Shown here: positions 37,975 through 48,567 of the stretch, in pieces
How positions within the stretch are numbered: the first letter of the stretch is position 1
How the letters are laid out: every line of letters starts with the position of its first letter
Source of the DNA: Bacillota bacterium
GTDB taxonomy: Bacteria; Bacillota; Sulfobacillia; JAJZIM01
DNA length: 64,000 bases
Direction of reading: 5' to 3'
Assembly (NCBI GenBank): GCA_021810565.1
Contig: JAJZIM010000012.1
Coordinates: 325 to 64,324 of the forward strand
The notes under the pieces: model-generated
What the model was told of the DNA's origin: nothing
The model's input: the letters and a program-made list of their open reading frames with translations, nothing else
Databases searched by the model: none
Position numbers and translations under genes: made by a program

Positions 37975-38742
37975 GTGGGAACGGCCATCATCGGCGGCAC
38001 GGGGGTGTATGATCCGGGAGCCCTGGAGGCGGCCGGCGAGGAGCGGGTCGACACCCCCTGGGGCGAGGTGCACCTGCAGCGGGGTCGGCGCGCCGGCGCG
38101 GACCTGTTCTTCCTGGCGCGCCACGGCGCCGACCACAGCGTGCCGCCCCATCGGGTGAACTACCGGGCTAATATATGGGCCTTGCGGGAGCTGGGGGTGG
38201 AGCGGATCCTGGCCACCGCGGCGGTGGGCTCGTTGAATCGAGAGATGGAGCCCGGCGCCTTCGTGGCCGTGGACCAGTTCATCGACCAGACCAGGGGCAG
38301 ACCTGGCACCTTCTTCGACGACCGGGTGGTGCACACCGATTTAAGCGAGCCGTATTGCACCCAAATGCGCCAGGCGCTAGCCGGGGCGGCGCAGGAGATG
38401 GGGATCCATCTCCTTTCCACCGGCTGCTACATCTGCACCGAGGGTCCACGTTTCGAGACCCCGGCGGAGATCCGGGCCTACCGCCGCTGGGGCGCCGACC
38501 TGGTGGGGATGACTGGCGTACCGGAGGTGGTGCTGGCCAGGGAGGCGGGTATCTGCTACGCCACAGTGGCCCAGGTGACCAATTATGCCGCCGGCGTGTC
38601 CCCGCGTCCCCTGTCCCACCAGGAGGTGGTGGAGTTCATGGCCCACTCCGCCTTGACCATGCGGCAGCTGTTCCTGGCGGCCGTGGACCGCTTGGCGGGC
38701 CAGCCCCGCGATTGCTGCTGCGCCGCTTTAGGGGGGTTTTGA
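37975..38742 (+). CDS. mtnP: S-methyl-5'-thioadenosine phosphorylase (PNP/MTAP family-2)
   Basis: GTG start with an aggggggaagg RBS. IIGGTGVY at the N-terminus, plus ICYATVAQVTNYAAG. It sits in a polyamine/SAM-salvage neighbourhood. Confidence 0.75.
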   Translation: MGTAIIGGTGVYDPGALEAAGEERVDTPWGEVHLQRGRRAGADLFFLARHGADHSVPPHRVNYRANIWALRELGVERILATAAVGSLNREMEPGAFVAVDQFIDQTRGRPGTFFDDRVVHTDLSEPYCTQMRQALAGAAQEMGIHLLSTGCYICTEGPRFETPAEIRAYRRWGADLVGMTGVPEVVLAREAGICYATVAQVTNYAAGVSPRPLSHQEVVEFMAHSALTMRQLFLAAVDRLAGQPRDCCCAALGGF

Positions 38743-38743
38743 G

Positions 38744-39985
38744 ATGGGCGGTTCGGTGATCCGCGACCCGGCCCTGGCCGCGGAGGGCGAGCGCAAGATC
38801 GCCTGGGCGCGGGAGCACATGCCGATTCTGGAGCAGGTGCGCGCTGAACTGGTCGCCGGCTCCGCGTTGTCCGGAAGGCGGGTGGGGATATGCCTGCACC
38901 TGGAGGCGAAGACGGCGGTGCTGGCCATCACCCTGGCCGAGGCCGGCGCCCAGGTGTATGCCTGCGGCTCCAACCCCTTGTCCACCCAGGACGACGTGGT
39001 CGCCGCCCTGGACCGCGCCGGGGTGCGGGTGTATGCCCTGCACGGAGCCACGCCGGAGGAGTACGACGCCTTCCTGGGTATGGTGGCCGAACAGGATCCG
39101 GAACTGGTCATCGACGACGGTGCCGACCTCATCGCCCTGTTGGCCCGGCGGGGGCAGGGCGACCGGGTCCAGGGAGGGTGCGAGGAGACCACCACCGGGA
39201 TCGTGCGCCTGAAGGCCATGGAGGCCCGGGGTGAGTTGCCCTTCCCGGTGGTGGCCGTAAACAACGCGCGCTGCAAGTACCTTTTCGACAACCGCTACGG
39301 CACCGGGCAGTCGGTCTGGGACGGTATCATGCGCTCCACCAACCTGCTGGTGGCGGGCAAGACCGTGGTGGTGGTAGGCTACGGCTGGTGCGGCAAGGGC
39401 GTGGCCCTGCGGGCACGGGGGCTGGGTGCCCAGGTGGTGGTCTGCGAGGTGGACCCCATCGCGGCGGCAGAGGCGGCGTTGGACGGGCAGCGGGTGCTGC
39501 CCATGGCCCAGGCGGCACCCCTGGGAGACGTTTTCGTCACGGTCACCGGCTGCACCGAGGTCATCCGGGGCGAGCATTTCGAGCGGATGAAGGACGGGGC
39601 GCTCTTGGCCAACGCCGGCCATTTCGACGTGGAGATCTCAAAGCCGGATCTGGCCCGCCTGAGCACGCAGGTGCGCCGGGTGCGCGAGCATGTGGAGGAG
39701 TACCGCCTGGCGGACGGGCGGCGGGTGCACCTGCTGGCGGAGGGCCGGCTGGTGAACCTGGCCGCCGGGGACGGCCACCCGGTGGAGATCATGGACATGA
39801 GCTTCGCCCTGCAGGCCATGAGCCTGCGCCACGTGGCGGTGAGCGGCCGGCTTCCTCGGCAGGTGCTGAGCGTGCCGGCGGAGGTGGACCGGCGGGTGGC
39901 CGAGCTGCGGCTCAATTCCTGGGGCATGGGCATCGACCAATTGACCCCGCGCCAGGTGGAGTACCTGGCCGCATGGGAAGCGTGA
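38744..39985 (+). CDS. ahcY: Adenosylhomocysteinase
   Basis: Full-length match including the NAD-binding motif [13 protein letters not shown] and the C-terminal region. Confidence 0.9.
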   Translation: MGGSVIRDPALAAEGERKIAWAREHMPILEQVRAELVAGSALSGRRVGICLHLEAKTAVLAITLAEAGAQVYACGSNPLSTQDDVVAALDRAGVRVYALHGATPEEYDAFLGMVAEQDPELVIDDGADLIALLARRGQGDRVQGGCEETTTGIVRLKAMEARGELPFPVVAVNNARCKYLFDNRYGTGQSVWDGIMRSTNLLVAGKTVVVVGYGWCGKGVALRARGLGAQVVVCEVDPIAAAEAALDGQRVLPMAQAAPLGDVFVTVTGCTEVIRGEHFERMKDGALLANAGHFDVEISKPDLARLSTQVRRVREHVEEYRLADGRRVHLLAEGRLVNLAAGDGHPVEIMDMSFALQAMSLRHVAVSGRLPRQVLSVPAEVDRRVAELRLNSWGMGIDQLTPRQVEYLAAWEA

Positions 39986-40106
39986 GGGCGGCAGGAAAGC
40001 CGAGTCGCCGAGGCGAAATTACCTACCAGAAACGGGTAGCGCAACGGTAGGCGGGATCGCAGGAGCGGCCGCCGATCCTTGCGGAACTCCCAAACGAGGT
40101 GGTGGG

Positions 40107-41744
40107 GTGCCCCCCGAAAAGGTCCCGGCCCCGGGTGGGGCGCGGCTGCAGCGCAAGCTGCGGGAGGTTGAGGCGCGCTGTGCGGAGCTCAGGGCGTGCT
40201 TGGCGTCTTTGGACGAGGCCCTCCAGGCCGGCGAGGACCGCGCCGCCGTGATGCGGCGGGTGGCGGAGAGCGCCTGCCGTCTCGGTCGGGCGGACGCCTC
40301 CGCCGTGTTCCTGGCCGAGGAGCGCAGCCAGGGATTGCGTCTGGTGGCCACGGTGGGGGAGAGTCGGATGCATCTGGCCGGTCCCTGGGCCTCCCTGGTG
40401 GCCATGGCCTACGACGAGGGGGTCCCGGTGCACCTGGACCGCCGGGCCGGTTGGTCCTACCTGGCCATCCCGGGCGCTCGCGCCGGGCAGGCCAGGGCCA
40501 TGCTGGTGGTGGGCCGCCGCGGCCGCGCCTTCGGGCCGGAGGAGGTGGCCTACCTCTCGGTGCTGGCCGAGCAAGCGGTGGTGGCGGGGAGCAACCTGCG
40601 CCTGTATGAGCACCTGCACCAAGCCGCCTACACGGACCGGATGACCGGTCTGCCCAACTACCGCTATTTCGAGACCTACCTGGAGCAGATCCTCGGCCAG
40701 GTGGGCACGGGAGCCTTCCGGGAACTCGCCCTGCTGATGGTGGATCTGGACCATTTCAAGTACGTCAACGATCGGTTCGGGCACCTAAAGGGAGACGAGG
40801 TGCTGCGCCGGGTGGGCGTCGCCCTGCGGGAGGCGGTGCGTCCGGGCGACCTGGTGGCCCGCTACGGCGGGGAGGAGTTCACCGTGGTGCTCCCCGGGAC
40901 CAACGTCCGGGCGGCCGAGGAGGTGGCCGAGCGCGTCCGCCAGCGCATCGAGGACCTGCGCTGGGAGCGGGTGCTGGGGGAGCCCTGGCACCTGTCCGCC
41001 TCGGTGGGAGTGGCGAGCCTGTCGGCCGGCCGGCAGCTTTTCACCTCCCTTTTGGCCGCCGCCGACGGGGCCATGTATCGGGCCAAGGCCCTGGGCCGCA
41101 ACCGGGTGGTGCGGGTGGAGGAGGCGGGTGGCGCGGCGGAGCTGCGGGAGGATACGGTGATCGCCTCCTTGCGCTACCGCAACGGGGAGACGCTCCACGC
41201 CCTGGCCGCCCTCCTGGACGAGCGCGACCATTACACCCTGGACCACAGCATGCGAATGTCCCTCCTGGCCCGACGTCTGGCCGCGGAGTTGGGGCTTAGC
41301 GCGCCCGAGCTGCAGGCCGTGGAGCTGGGCTGCCTCCTGCATGACGTGGGCAAGGTCCGCGTGAGTACCGGGGTCCTGCACAAACCGGGTGTGCTGGATC
41401 CCGCCGAGTGGGACGAGGTGCGCCGCCATCCCGAGGTCGGCAGGGATCTCCTGCAGCGGGTGGGCGAGTGGGGGCTGGTTTTGGACATCGTGGCCTACCA
41501 CCACGAGCGTTGGGACGGTCGCGGCTATCCCCTGGGGCTGCGGGGCCAGGCGATCCCACGCCTGGCCCGGCTGGTGGCCATAGTGGACGCCTTCGCGGCC
41601 ATGCGCGCTCCCCGCCCCTATCGCTTGGCCCTGGACCTGCGGGAGGCTTTGCAGCAGTTGGAGCAGGGGCGCGGCGCCAGTTTCGACCCGCAGATCGTGG
41701 ATCGTCTGATGGACATGTTGCGACGGGAGGGGGAACCGCCGTGA
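40107..41744 (+). CDS. GAF - GGDEF - HD-GYP multidomain c-di-GMP signalling protein
   Basis: The GGDEF region contains RYGGEEF. The HD-GYP region contains [11 protein letters not shown] and HDVGK. Confidence 0.8.
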   Translation: MPPEKVPAPGGARLQRKLREVEARCAELRACLASLDEALQAGEDRAAVMRRVAESACRLGRADASAVFLAEERSQGLRLVATVGESRMHLAGPWASLVAMAYDEGVPVHLDRRAGWSYLAIPGARAGQARAMLVVGRRGRAFGPEEVAYLSVLAEQAVVAGSNLRLYEHLHQAAYTDRMTGLPNYRYFETYLEQILGQVGTGAFRELALLMVDLDHFKYVNDRFGHLKGDEVLRRVGVALREAVRPGDLVARYGGEEFTVVLPGTNVRAAEEVAERVRQRIEDLRWERVLGEPWHLSASVGVASLSAGRQLFTSLLAAADGAMYRAKALGRNRVVRVEEAGGAAELREDTVIASLRYRNGETLHALAALLDERDHYTLDHSMRMSLLARRLAAELGLSAPELQAVELGCLLHDVGKVRVSTGVLHKPGVLDPAEWDEVRRHPEVGRDLLQRVGEWGLVLDIVAYHHERWDGRGYPLGLRGQAIPRLARLVAIVDAFAAMRAPRPYRLALDLREALQQLEQGRGASFDPQIVDRLMDMLRREGEPP

Positions 41745-43027
41745 GGATATTGGTGCGGGGAGGCACCGTCTTCACCATGACCGACCGGGGCATCCTGACG
41801 GAGGCGGATGTGACGGTGGAGGGGGGCATGGTGCGGGCGGTGGGGAAGGCACCCCGGGACTGGCAGCCGGACTTGGTGGTGGAGGCTGCCGGTTGTGCGG
41901 TGCTGCCGGGCCTGATCAACACCCACACCCACGCGGCCATGACCCTCCTGCGGGGTTATGCCGACGACCAGCCCCTGATGCCGTGGCTGGAGGAGAAGAT
42001 TTGGCCGGCGGAGGCGCGGCTCGACGGGGAGGACGTGTATTGGGGCACCCTCCTGGCGGCCGTGGAGATGCTTTCCTCCGGCACCACCACCTTCGCCGAC
42101 ATGTATTTCTTCATGGAGGAAGTGGGAAGGGCGGTCTCGGAGACCGGCATGCGCGCCGTGCTGTGCCGAGGGCTGATCGGCACGGCCCCACACGCCCAGG
42201 AGGCCCTGGCCGAGGGCGTGGACTTCGCCCGGCGCTGGCAGGGGGCGGCCGGGGGGCGGATCCGCACCATGCTGGGGCCCCACGCCCCCTACACCTGCCC
42301 GCCGGAATACCTGCGGCAGGTGGCCCAGGCGGCCCGATCGGAAGGAGTGGGGGTGCACATCCACCTCGCCGAGACCCGGGGCGAGCTGGAGGAGTGCCGC
42401 AGGCTCCACGGGGTGACCCCGGTGGCCTTGCTGGATCAGGTGGGCCTGCTGGAGCTGCCGCTCTTGGCTGCCCATTGCGTGCACCTGGAAAGCGACGACT
42501 ATCGGCTCTTGAATCGCACCAACGTGGGGGTGGCCCACAATCCGGTCAGCAACTTGAAGCTGGGGTCGGGGGTGGCCCCCCTGGAGACGCTGTTGAAGCA
42601 GGAGGTGCGGGTGGGTCTGGGCACCGACGGCGCGGCCAGCACCAACTCCCTGGACCTGTTCCAGGAGCTGCGCCTGGCGGCGCTCTTGGCCAAGGGCATG
42701 ACCGGCGAACCCACCGCCGTCACCGCCCTGCAGGCCTTGGAGTTGGCCACCACCGGGGGAGCCCGGGCGCTGGGGCTGGAGGGAGTGATCGGCCGGATCA
42801 GCCCGGGCTACGCGGCGGACCTGATCACCGTGGATCTCACCGCTCCCCACCTGGTGCCGGTGCATGACCCGGCTTCCGCCCTGGCCTATGCCGCCACCGG
42901 CCGGGATGTACGCACGGTGCTGGTGGACGGGCGGGTGGTGGTGGACCGGGGAGTGGTGCGGACCGTGGACGTCCAGCGAGTTTGCCGGGAGGTAAAGCAG
43001 CGCGCCGCCCGGCTGGTGGCGCCGTGA
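41741..43027 (+). CDS. mtaD: Amidohydrolase of the MtaD / SAH-MTA deaminase family
   Basis: GTG start overlapping the upstream stop. [13 protein letters not shown] metal-binding motif. The full fold is present. Confidence 0.75.
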   Translation: MRILVRGGTVFTMTDRGILTEADVTVEGGMVRAVGKAPRDWQPDLVVEAAGCAVLPGLINTHTHAAMTLLRGYADDQPLMPWLEEKIWPAEARLDGEDVYWGTLLAAVEMLSSGTTTFADMYFFMEEVGRAVSETGMRAVLCRGLIGTAPHAQEALAEGVDFARRWQGAAGGRIRTMLGPHAPYTCPPEYLRQVAQAARSEGVGVHIHLAETRGELEECRRLHGVTPVALLDQVGLLELPLLAAHCVHLESDDYRLLNRTNVGVAHNPVSNLKLGSGVAPLETLLKQEVRVGLGTDGAASTNSLDLFQELRLAALLAKGMTGEPTAVTALQALELATTGGARALGLEGVIGRISPGYAADLITVDLTAPHLVPVHDPASALAYAATGRDVRTVLVDGRVVVDRGVVRTVDVQRVCREVKQRAARLVAP

Positions 43028-43452
43028 GCCGGGAGTTGGATCCTGAGGGCTACTGCCTGGTCTGCGGGCCCAACAACCCGGTGGGGCTGGCCGCCGTCTT
43101 CCGGCGGGAGGGGGGCGAGTCGGAGGCCCATATCCGCGGCGCCAAGCACCACGCGGGCTTTCCCGGGATCTTCCACGGCGGCATGGTGGCCGCCTTGCTG
43201 GACGAAGCCATGTGGTACGCCCTGGAGAGCCAGGGCTTTCTGGGGGTGACCGGGGAGCTCACGGTGCGCTACCGCCGCCCCGTGCCCCTGGAGGAGGAAC
43301 TGACCGTGCGCGGGCGGGTGGCCTCCCGGCGCGGCAGGATGGCGCAGGCCGCCGCCCAGCTGTCGGATCTTCAGGGACGGGTGCTGGCCGAAGCGGAAGG
43401 CAAGTTCGTGGAACGGCCCTTGGCCCCGCGGCCTGCGAACATACGTTCATAA
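43024..43452 (+). CDS. Hotdog-fold thioesterase (PaaI/YbgC-like)
   Basis: GTG start overlapping the mtaD stop. GFPGIFHGGMVAALLDEAM matches the PaaI-type motif. Confidence 0.6.
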   Translation: MSRELDPEGYCLVCGPNNPVGLAAVFRREGGESEAHIRGAKHHAGFPGIFHGGMVAALLDEAMWYALESQGFLGVTGELTVRYRRPVPLEEELTVRGRVASRRGRMAQAAAQLSDLQGRVLAEAEGKFVERPLAPRPANIRS

Positions 43453-43527
43453 AGTTCTCTGGTTGCCTTCTGGAAGCAGGTGTGCTACATTTTCTTGATG
43501 GCACGCTGTGGAAGGGGGGTGGGAAGG

Positions 43528-44565
43528 ATGGACCGGCTGCGCCCGATCCGTCCGGAAGGCGCCGCGCGACCGCCCCGGGTGGCGGAGCTCACCCGAGGGC
43601 AGGACGAGGCGGATGCCGTTCCTGGCCCGGAGTGGCGGGCTGAACTGGCGCGGGTTCTGGTGCGCCGCGGGCTCGAGCCCGCGGACCTGGTGGAGCGGTG
43701 TTCGGAGGCCGCCGGCCTGTGGAGCGGCGAGGCTACGGCGCCGGTCGCGCTCCTGGGGCTGGTGGCGCGGATGCTGGGCGTTTGCGGCAAGGAGCGGCGG
43801 GCGCTGTTCGCCGCGGCGGGTCTGCCCACCCTGGGGATGGTGCTGGACCGCCACCTCACCCTGCGGTCCAGGACCAAGTCCTCCCTCAGCCGCCTGACGG
43901 GCCTCAGCCACCCCACGGTGAGCGCGATCATGAACGACCGGTGCTGGCCGCAGCGGCGCACCCTGGACGCCATCCTGCGGGCCTTGGACCTGGAGGGGGA
44001 ACAGCGCCGGCTGGCCTGCCGTCTGGCGGGTTGGGAGTGGTTCGCCGACGAGGACGCGTTGCCGGAGCGTGACCTGATCGAATGGGCCCACCTGGCCGCC
44101 CAGAACAACGCCCAACCGCTGCTCCTGGTGGATCGCCTGGGCTGTGTTCTGTCCTTCAACTGCGCCTTTCGGTCGGCCCTGAGTCTGCCGCCTGCGCTGG
44201 AGGAGCAGATTGTTCGGGACCGGCCCAACTACACCGTGTTCGATCTGTTCCTGCACCGCTTCTACCAGCGGCGCATCCGCAACCGGTCGGAGTTCGGGCG
44301 AAACCTGGCCGCCTGGTGGTTCTGCCTGGCGGAGCGCTACCACGACCACCCCCTGCGCTCCGTGGTGTGGGAGCGGTTGTGCCACCGTCCGGAATTTAGG
44401 CACCGCCGCGGGGCCGAAGTCCTGCCGCAACTGGAGCTCACCGTGGAGTCCGACGAGGGCGGGGCCACCGACTTCCTGGTGGTCTTCCTGCCTTTCTGCG
44501 GCAAGTACTCCTTGGGTTTTCTGGCCTTTTTCACCTCGCCCGGCCCCGGGGGCCTCCCGGCTTGA
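43528..44565 (+). CDS. MmyB-like transcriptional regulator (XRE-type HTH plus C-terminal ligand-binding domain)
   Basis: ATG after ggaaggggggtgggaagg. HTH at LSRLTGLSHPTVSAIMND. The C-terminal domain is shared with the next gene. Confidence 0.5.
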   Translation: MDRLRPIRPEGAARPPRVAELTRGQDEADAVPGPEWRAELARVLVRRGLEPADLVERCSEAAGLWSGEATAPVALLGLVARMLGVCGKERRALFAAAGLPTLGMVLDRHLTLRSRTKSSLSRLTGLSHPTVSAIMNDRCWPQRRTLDAILRALDLEGEQRRLACRLAGWEWFADEDALPERDLIEWAHLAAQNNAQPLLLVDRLGCVLSFNCAFRSALSLPPALEEQIVRDRPNYTVFDLFLHRFYQRRIRNRSEFGRNLAAWWFCLAERYHDHPLRSVVWERLCHRPEFRHRRGAEVLPQLELTVESDEGGATDFLVVFLPFCGKYSLGFLAFFTSPGPGGLPA

Positions 44566-45542
44566 GCCTTCCAGAGACGCTGCGCGCCGAACTGCGGCGC
44601 CGGCGGCTGTCCCCGTCCTCCCTGGCGGCGGCGACGGGCTGTACCCCTACGACCATGGCGCAGTACCTGGACGGCAGCGCGCACCCCGACCTTTACCGGC
44701 TGGCGCTCATGGCCAACGCCCTGCGGCTGCGCCGCAGCGAGCGGCGGGAGTTCTATCTGGCGGCGGGGGAGGCTACCTTCGGCCAAAGGTTGGACGAGCA
44801 CCTGCGTCGGGCGGGCTTCACCGCCGGGGCGCTGGCCGAGCGGATGCGGATGAGCGTGTCCACCTTGAATTCCCTGCGGGAGGACCGCAACGTGCCGCGC
44901 CGCTCCACCCTGGAGCAGTTGGTGGACGCCTTCGACCTGGGGGGCGAAGAGCGCAGCCGGCTGTATCACGCCGCTGGGATGATGCCGGAGGCGGTGCCCT
45001 CCGTGTCCACCCGCGAGACGGCGGTGGGGCTGGCCAACCGGATGCTGGGGACCTCGGCGTGCCCGGCCTACCTGGCCGACAGCTGGGGCTATGTCCAGGC
45101 GTGGAACCGCGCTTTTGGCCGTTTGTGGCACCCGGCGGCGCTGGAGGAGCGGCTGGCGGCGGGAGCGTGCACGGTTTTCGACCTTTATCTGCACCCGGCA
45201 TGCCGCCTGCCTCTGGCGGAGGCGCAGGTCCAGGTGCGCCGCCTGGCGGCCTTCTGGAACCTGCGCCGCGACAGCCTGGACCCGCGGCGGCGGGAGGTCC
45301 TGCTGGCCCGGCTGGCCCAAATCCCGGGCTTCATGGAGGCGGCGGCTGCCACTCCGGCCGGAGAGCCCGGACCCGGCTACACCCTGGAGCTGGACCATCC
45401 CCGCTGGGGACGGCTGCGGGTCCGGGTGGTCAGCTTGTGCTTTCCGGCGGCCAACGACTGGGACCTGATCACCTTTTTGGCGGCGGATGCGGCGGCGCGT
45501 CTCGCCTACCTGGAGGAGGGGATCTGCCTTAACGAGGGCTGA
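44562..45542 (+). CDS. MmyB-like transcriptional regulator, paralog, with two tandem HTH modules
   Basis: TTG start overlapping the upstream stop. Two HTH-like segments are followed by the paralogous C-terminal domain (WGY.QAWNRAF...FDLYLH). Confidence 0.5.
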   Translation: MSLPETLRAELRRRRLSPSSLAAATGCTPTTMAQYLDGSAHPDLYRLALMANALRLRRSERREFYLAAGEATFGQRLDEHLRRAGFTAGALAERMRMSVSTLNSLREDRNVPRRSTLEQLVDAFDLGGEERSRLYHAAGMMPEAVPSVSTRETAVGLANRMLGTSACPAYLADSWGYVQAWNRAFGRLWHPAALEERLAAGACTVFDLYLHPACRLPLAEAQVQVRRLAAFWNLRRDSLDPRRREVLLARLAQIPGFMEAAAATPAGEPGPGYTLELDHPRWGRLRVRVVSLCFPAANDWDLITFLAADAAARLAYLEEGICLNEG

Positions 45543-45561
45543 GCCGGCCGGCGAAAAAGGG

Positions 45562-45592
45562 GGGCCCGCCACCCGGCGGGCCCTTTCCCTTT
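45562..45592. terminator. Bidirectional terminator hairpin between convergent genes
   Basis: GGGCCCGCC-accc-GGCGGGCCC followed by TTTCCCTTT. Confidence 0.5.
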
Positions 45593-45603
45593 GCCCGCCG
45601 GGG

Positions 45604-46488
45604 TCAGTCCGCCGGAGGGATGTAGGTCACGGTGAAGGAACCGGAGGGGGTCACGGGACCCAGATCCACCTCGGGCACACCGCCGCCGCCGCTGCCGCCC
45701 TCGCCGGCACTCACCATGATCACGCCCAGATGGGTCCGGGCGCCGATGCTGGTGGTCGAGCCGTCCTCGCGCACCAGGGCGTGGGACACGGAGAGGGTGC
45801 CGAAGTCGGCCAGGGGCAGCACGCTCACGGTGGTAGGACCGCCGCCGCTGCCGGATTCGGGCGCGGTCACGGGCGAAGGATCGGCCACCAGCCACTCCGC
45901 CGAGGACTCGGAGGAGGAGTAGGTCACGGTGGTGGCAAAGTGCGCCCCGGTGGTGAGGTCCTTCAGGAAGATCTTCCAGGAGTCGGCCCCCACCATGGTG
46001 ATGGCGCCGTGGACCACGTCACCGGCGTGGACCGTCAGGGCGCTGATCTTGGTCTGGGCGGCCGGGGCCAGCTCGTACCAGGCGTAGTACACGGGGGCGG
46101 CGGTGGGGCCGGAGCCGCCGGAGCCGCCGGAGCCCAGGTCCTGCTCGGTGCCGAGGGCGATCAGGTCGGCGGTGTTGTAGCCGCCGATGCCGATGGCCGC
46201 CGCGGAGCCGGCGGTGCCGCCGCCGGAGCCGCCCTCCGGCGGCGAGACGACCTTGGGCACGGTCCAGGTGCCGCTGACGGCCGTGTTGCCGGGGCTGGTG
46301 ACCACGTAGCCGCCCCAGTTGATGCTCTCGTCCGCCAGGTTGGCGAAATGCTGGTTGGCCAGGACGCGCAGGGCGGTGGCCGCAGGCGGCGGTCCCCCCG
46401 CGGCCGCGGCCGGCAGCACCGAGGCCATGGCCAGCAAGGCGCCGGAGGCGGCGGCCACCAGGCCGCGCTTCCACAGGAGCTTGTGCAT
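45604..46488 (-). CDS. Secreted G1-family (eqolisin-like) glutamic peptidase
   Basis: Signal peptide MHKLLWKRGLVAAASGALLAMASVLPAAAAG. Family motifs SINWGGYVV, GTWTVP and SAEWLVADP (candidate catalytic Glu). Confidence 0.6.
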   Translation of the reverse strand: MHKLLWKRGLVAAASGALLAMASVLPAAAAGGPPPAATALRVLANQHFANLADESINWGGYVVTSPGNTAVSGTWTVPKVVSPPEGGSGGGTAGSAAAIGIGGYNTADLIALGTEQDLGSGGSGGSGPTAAPVYYAWYELAPAAQTKISALTVHAGDVVHGAITMVGADSWKIFLKDLTTGAHFATTVTYSSSESSAEWLVADPSPVTAPESGSGGGPTTVSVLPLADFGTLSVSHALVREDGSTTSIGARTHLGVIMVSAGEGGSGGGGVPEVDLGPVTPSGSFTVTYIPPAD

Positions 46489-46688
46489 GCTTTCCGCCCG
46501 GCCGATCCCGCCGACGTGCGGCGGCCCTCCCACCGGGCGCTTCCCTCCTTCGATGTCGTCGGGCGCCCGGGGGCGCCGGGAGGGTCGGGTGAAGAGCCAC
46601 GGGAACCTGGTGGGAACTCACCACCTCCCTTTCGCATGGGCTGGGAGCCGATCAACTCGGCAAAAACACTTTACCGGGCTTGAACGGC

Positions 46689-46889
46689 ATTAGGCAACCA
46701 TATAACTGTGCGAATTTCTGTTCACTCGGCGAATCCGCAGCATGCAAGGAACCCGCACCACGCCTGGGTTTCTTGGGCATCCTAATATCTTCCTCTCGGA
46801 GAGCATGGGCAACGAACCCGCACCGTTACTGGGTTTGTCCGACTTTGCAAAAAAGCGGGGTGAACATCAGTTCGCACAGTTATAGTATG
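46689..46889. repeat. Composite repeat: roughly 28-bp inverted repeat arms (CATATAACTGTGCGAA.. / ..TTCGCACAGTTATAGTATGG) flanking two roughly 40-bp direct repeats (GCATG..AACCCGCACC....CTGGGTTT)
   Basis: Read directly from the intergenic region between the G1 peptidase and the tadG-like gene. Confidence 0.45.
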
Positions 46890-46965
46890 GCGCCTCGGCC
46901 GCCGCTACAATATGATGGTAGCTGTGGGAGGATGGTTTTGACACAAAAACATAGGAGGTGGGGGG

Positions 46966-48567
46966 ATGCGGCGGCAGGGCGGTCAGTCCCTGATTCTGTA
47001 TGCGATCCTGGGGGTGGTGATCTTCGCCTTCGTGGCCTTCGCGGTGGACGTGGGACGGCTGTACGCGGCGGGGAACCAGCTGTCGGAGACGGCCGGGGTG
47101 GCGTCCCTGGCGGGCTCGCAGAAGCTGAACTTGGCTCCCGGGACGGATCCTACGTGCGCCGGCCTGACCAGCCCGGGGTCCGGGGAGGACGCGGCGTGGC
47201 AGGCCGCCCTGAACACCCTCAAGGACAACGGCTACCAGCCCCCGGCAAAGGACTTCACCGCGCCGAAGCCTTGTTCGGTGGCAACCAATTTGCCCGCGAA
47301 CGTGACCAGCGCCATCGCGGTGGGGCCCTTCACCTTGAACAAGAATCCCGCCACCCAGACCACCATCTACCTCTATCTTCAGGACGGGACGATCACGCAG
47401 AATTTCCAGGTGGATCTGTCCGCCCCCTTCAGCTACACCTTCGCCCGGGTGGTGGGCTTGAGCGGCACCGTCCTGACCCGCAACGCGGATAACGGGAGTT
47501 ATGTGGGGCTTGGTCCTGATGTGTGCCAATTAGGCCAGTGCAATAACAATCCGCCCCCGCCCAAGAAGAGCCAGCCTCCCACGTGCAGCACCTGCGCGGT
47601 CACGCCGGTGGGCATCGACTACCAGATGATGCAGGGAATGCAGGGAATGCAGGGAATGATGGAGGCCATGGGTCAGGGACAGCAGGTCACCATGACCTTG
47701 GCCCCCGCGGCGGCGGGCAGCTACCAGGGTAGCCTCAGCTGGAGCGGCGCCAGCTCGAATCCCAACGTCAGCCCAAGTTCGGGCAGCGGCAACTGGTACC
47801 GGTTGAACCTGGCCACGGAAAGCAACCCGACGGATGCCAACGTCAACGCCTGGGAGGGGTATAGGGGCGGCAGGTACACCGGGAACGACGCCGCGATGCG
47901 CGGCATGATGGGCAACAACTACGGCGGCTCGAGCTGCTCGGTCAACACCTGCAACCCCATGGGCGGCATGGGCAACTCCCAGATGTGCAACGGCAACATG
48001 GGCGGCGGTGGCGGTGGCGGCGGCAACATGGGTGGCGGTGGCGGCGGCAGCATGGGTGGCGGTGGCGGCGGTGGTAGCGGTGGCGGCGGCACGGCTGGCA
48101 CCGGCACGTCCTCCGGTCAGCAGGGCAGCTACTCGACCTATTTCAACACCCTGTACGGCTACCCCGGCAACGTGCAGGTGGGAGACACCATGCAGGGGCA
48201 GCTCGCCAACGGCTACGGGTACATGGCCGGCATGATGGACAACCGCTACAACGTGGGCACCGTCACCGGGTGCAGCACCTGCGCCACCGACAACACGCCC
48301 GCCTACGTGCTGATGCCGGTGATGCAGGACATGGGCAACGGCACGCTGCAGGTCATGGGCTTGGCCTACGGGCAGTTGACCAGCGTGGGCAGCAACGGTG
48401 ACATGCACTTCAACATGCGGATGATGACCCACCAGAAGCGCTACAGCAGCCAGTGTCTGCAATACAACTACCAACCCGGACAGCAGATGCCGTCGGGGAT
48501 GAATAGCAACACGGGCGTGAGAAGCGCGCCTTTCCCCAGAAAGCCGGTGGCCTTCCAGGGTTCCTGA
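46966..48567 (+). CDS. TadE/TadG-like pseudopilin-type protein with a long Gly/Met/Asn/Gln-rich low-complexity C-terminal region
   Basis: The N-terminus MRRQGGQSLILYAILGVVIFAFVAFAVDVGR is the TadE-like (Flp pilus assembly) signature. The rest is low complexity (MQGMQGMQGMM, G-runs). Confidence 0.6.
   Translation: MRRQGGQSLILYAILGVVIFAFVAFAVDVGRLYAAGNQLSETAGVASLAGSQKLNLAPGTDPTCAGLTSPGSGEDAAWQAALNTLKDNGYQPPAKDFTAPKPCSVATNLPANVTSAIAVGPFTLNKNPATQTTIYLYLQDGTITQNFQVDLSAPFSYTFARVVGLSGTVLTRNADNGSYVGLGPDVCQLGQCNNNPPPPKKSQPPTCSTCAVTPVGIDYQMMQGMQGMQGMMEAMGQGQQVTMTLAPAAAGSYQGSLSWSGASSNPNVSPSSGSGNWYRLNLATESNPTDANVNAWEGYRGGRYTGNDAAMRGMMGNNYGGSSCSVNTCNPMGGMGNSQMCNGNMGGGGGGGGNMGGGGGGSMGGGGGGGSGGGGTAGTGTSSGQQGSYSTYFNTLYGYPGNVQVGDTMQGQLANGYGYMAGMMDNRYNVGTVTGCSTCATDNTPAYVLMPVMQDMGNGTLQVMGLAYGQLTSVGSNGDMHFNMRMMTHQKRYSSQCLQYNYQPGQQMPSGMNSNTGVRSAPFPRKPVAFQGS
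47632..47658 (+). repeat. Perfect tandem (CAGGGAATG)x3 inside the tadG-like gene, encoding QGMQGMQGM
   Basis: Direct reading. The 9-nt unit is in frame. Confidence 0.8.

Noticed and set aside
46740-46860. Sigma54 promoter (TGGCAC-N5-TTGC) inside the repeat region
   Set aside because: The candidate GG..GC elements are 12-14 nt apart rather than the required 10, so the match fails.
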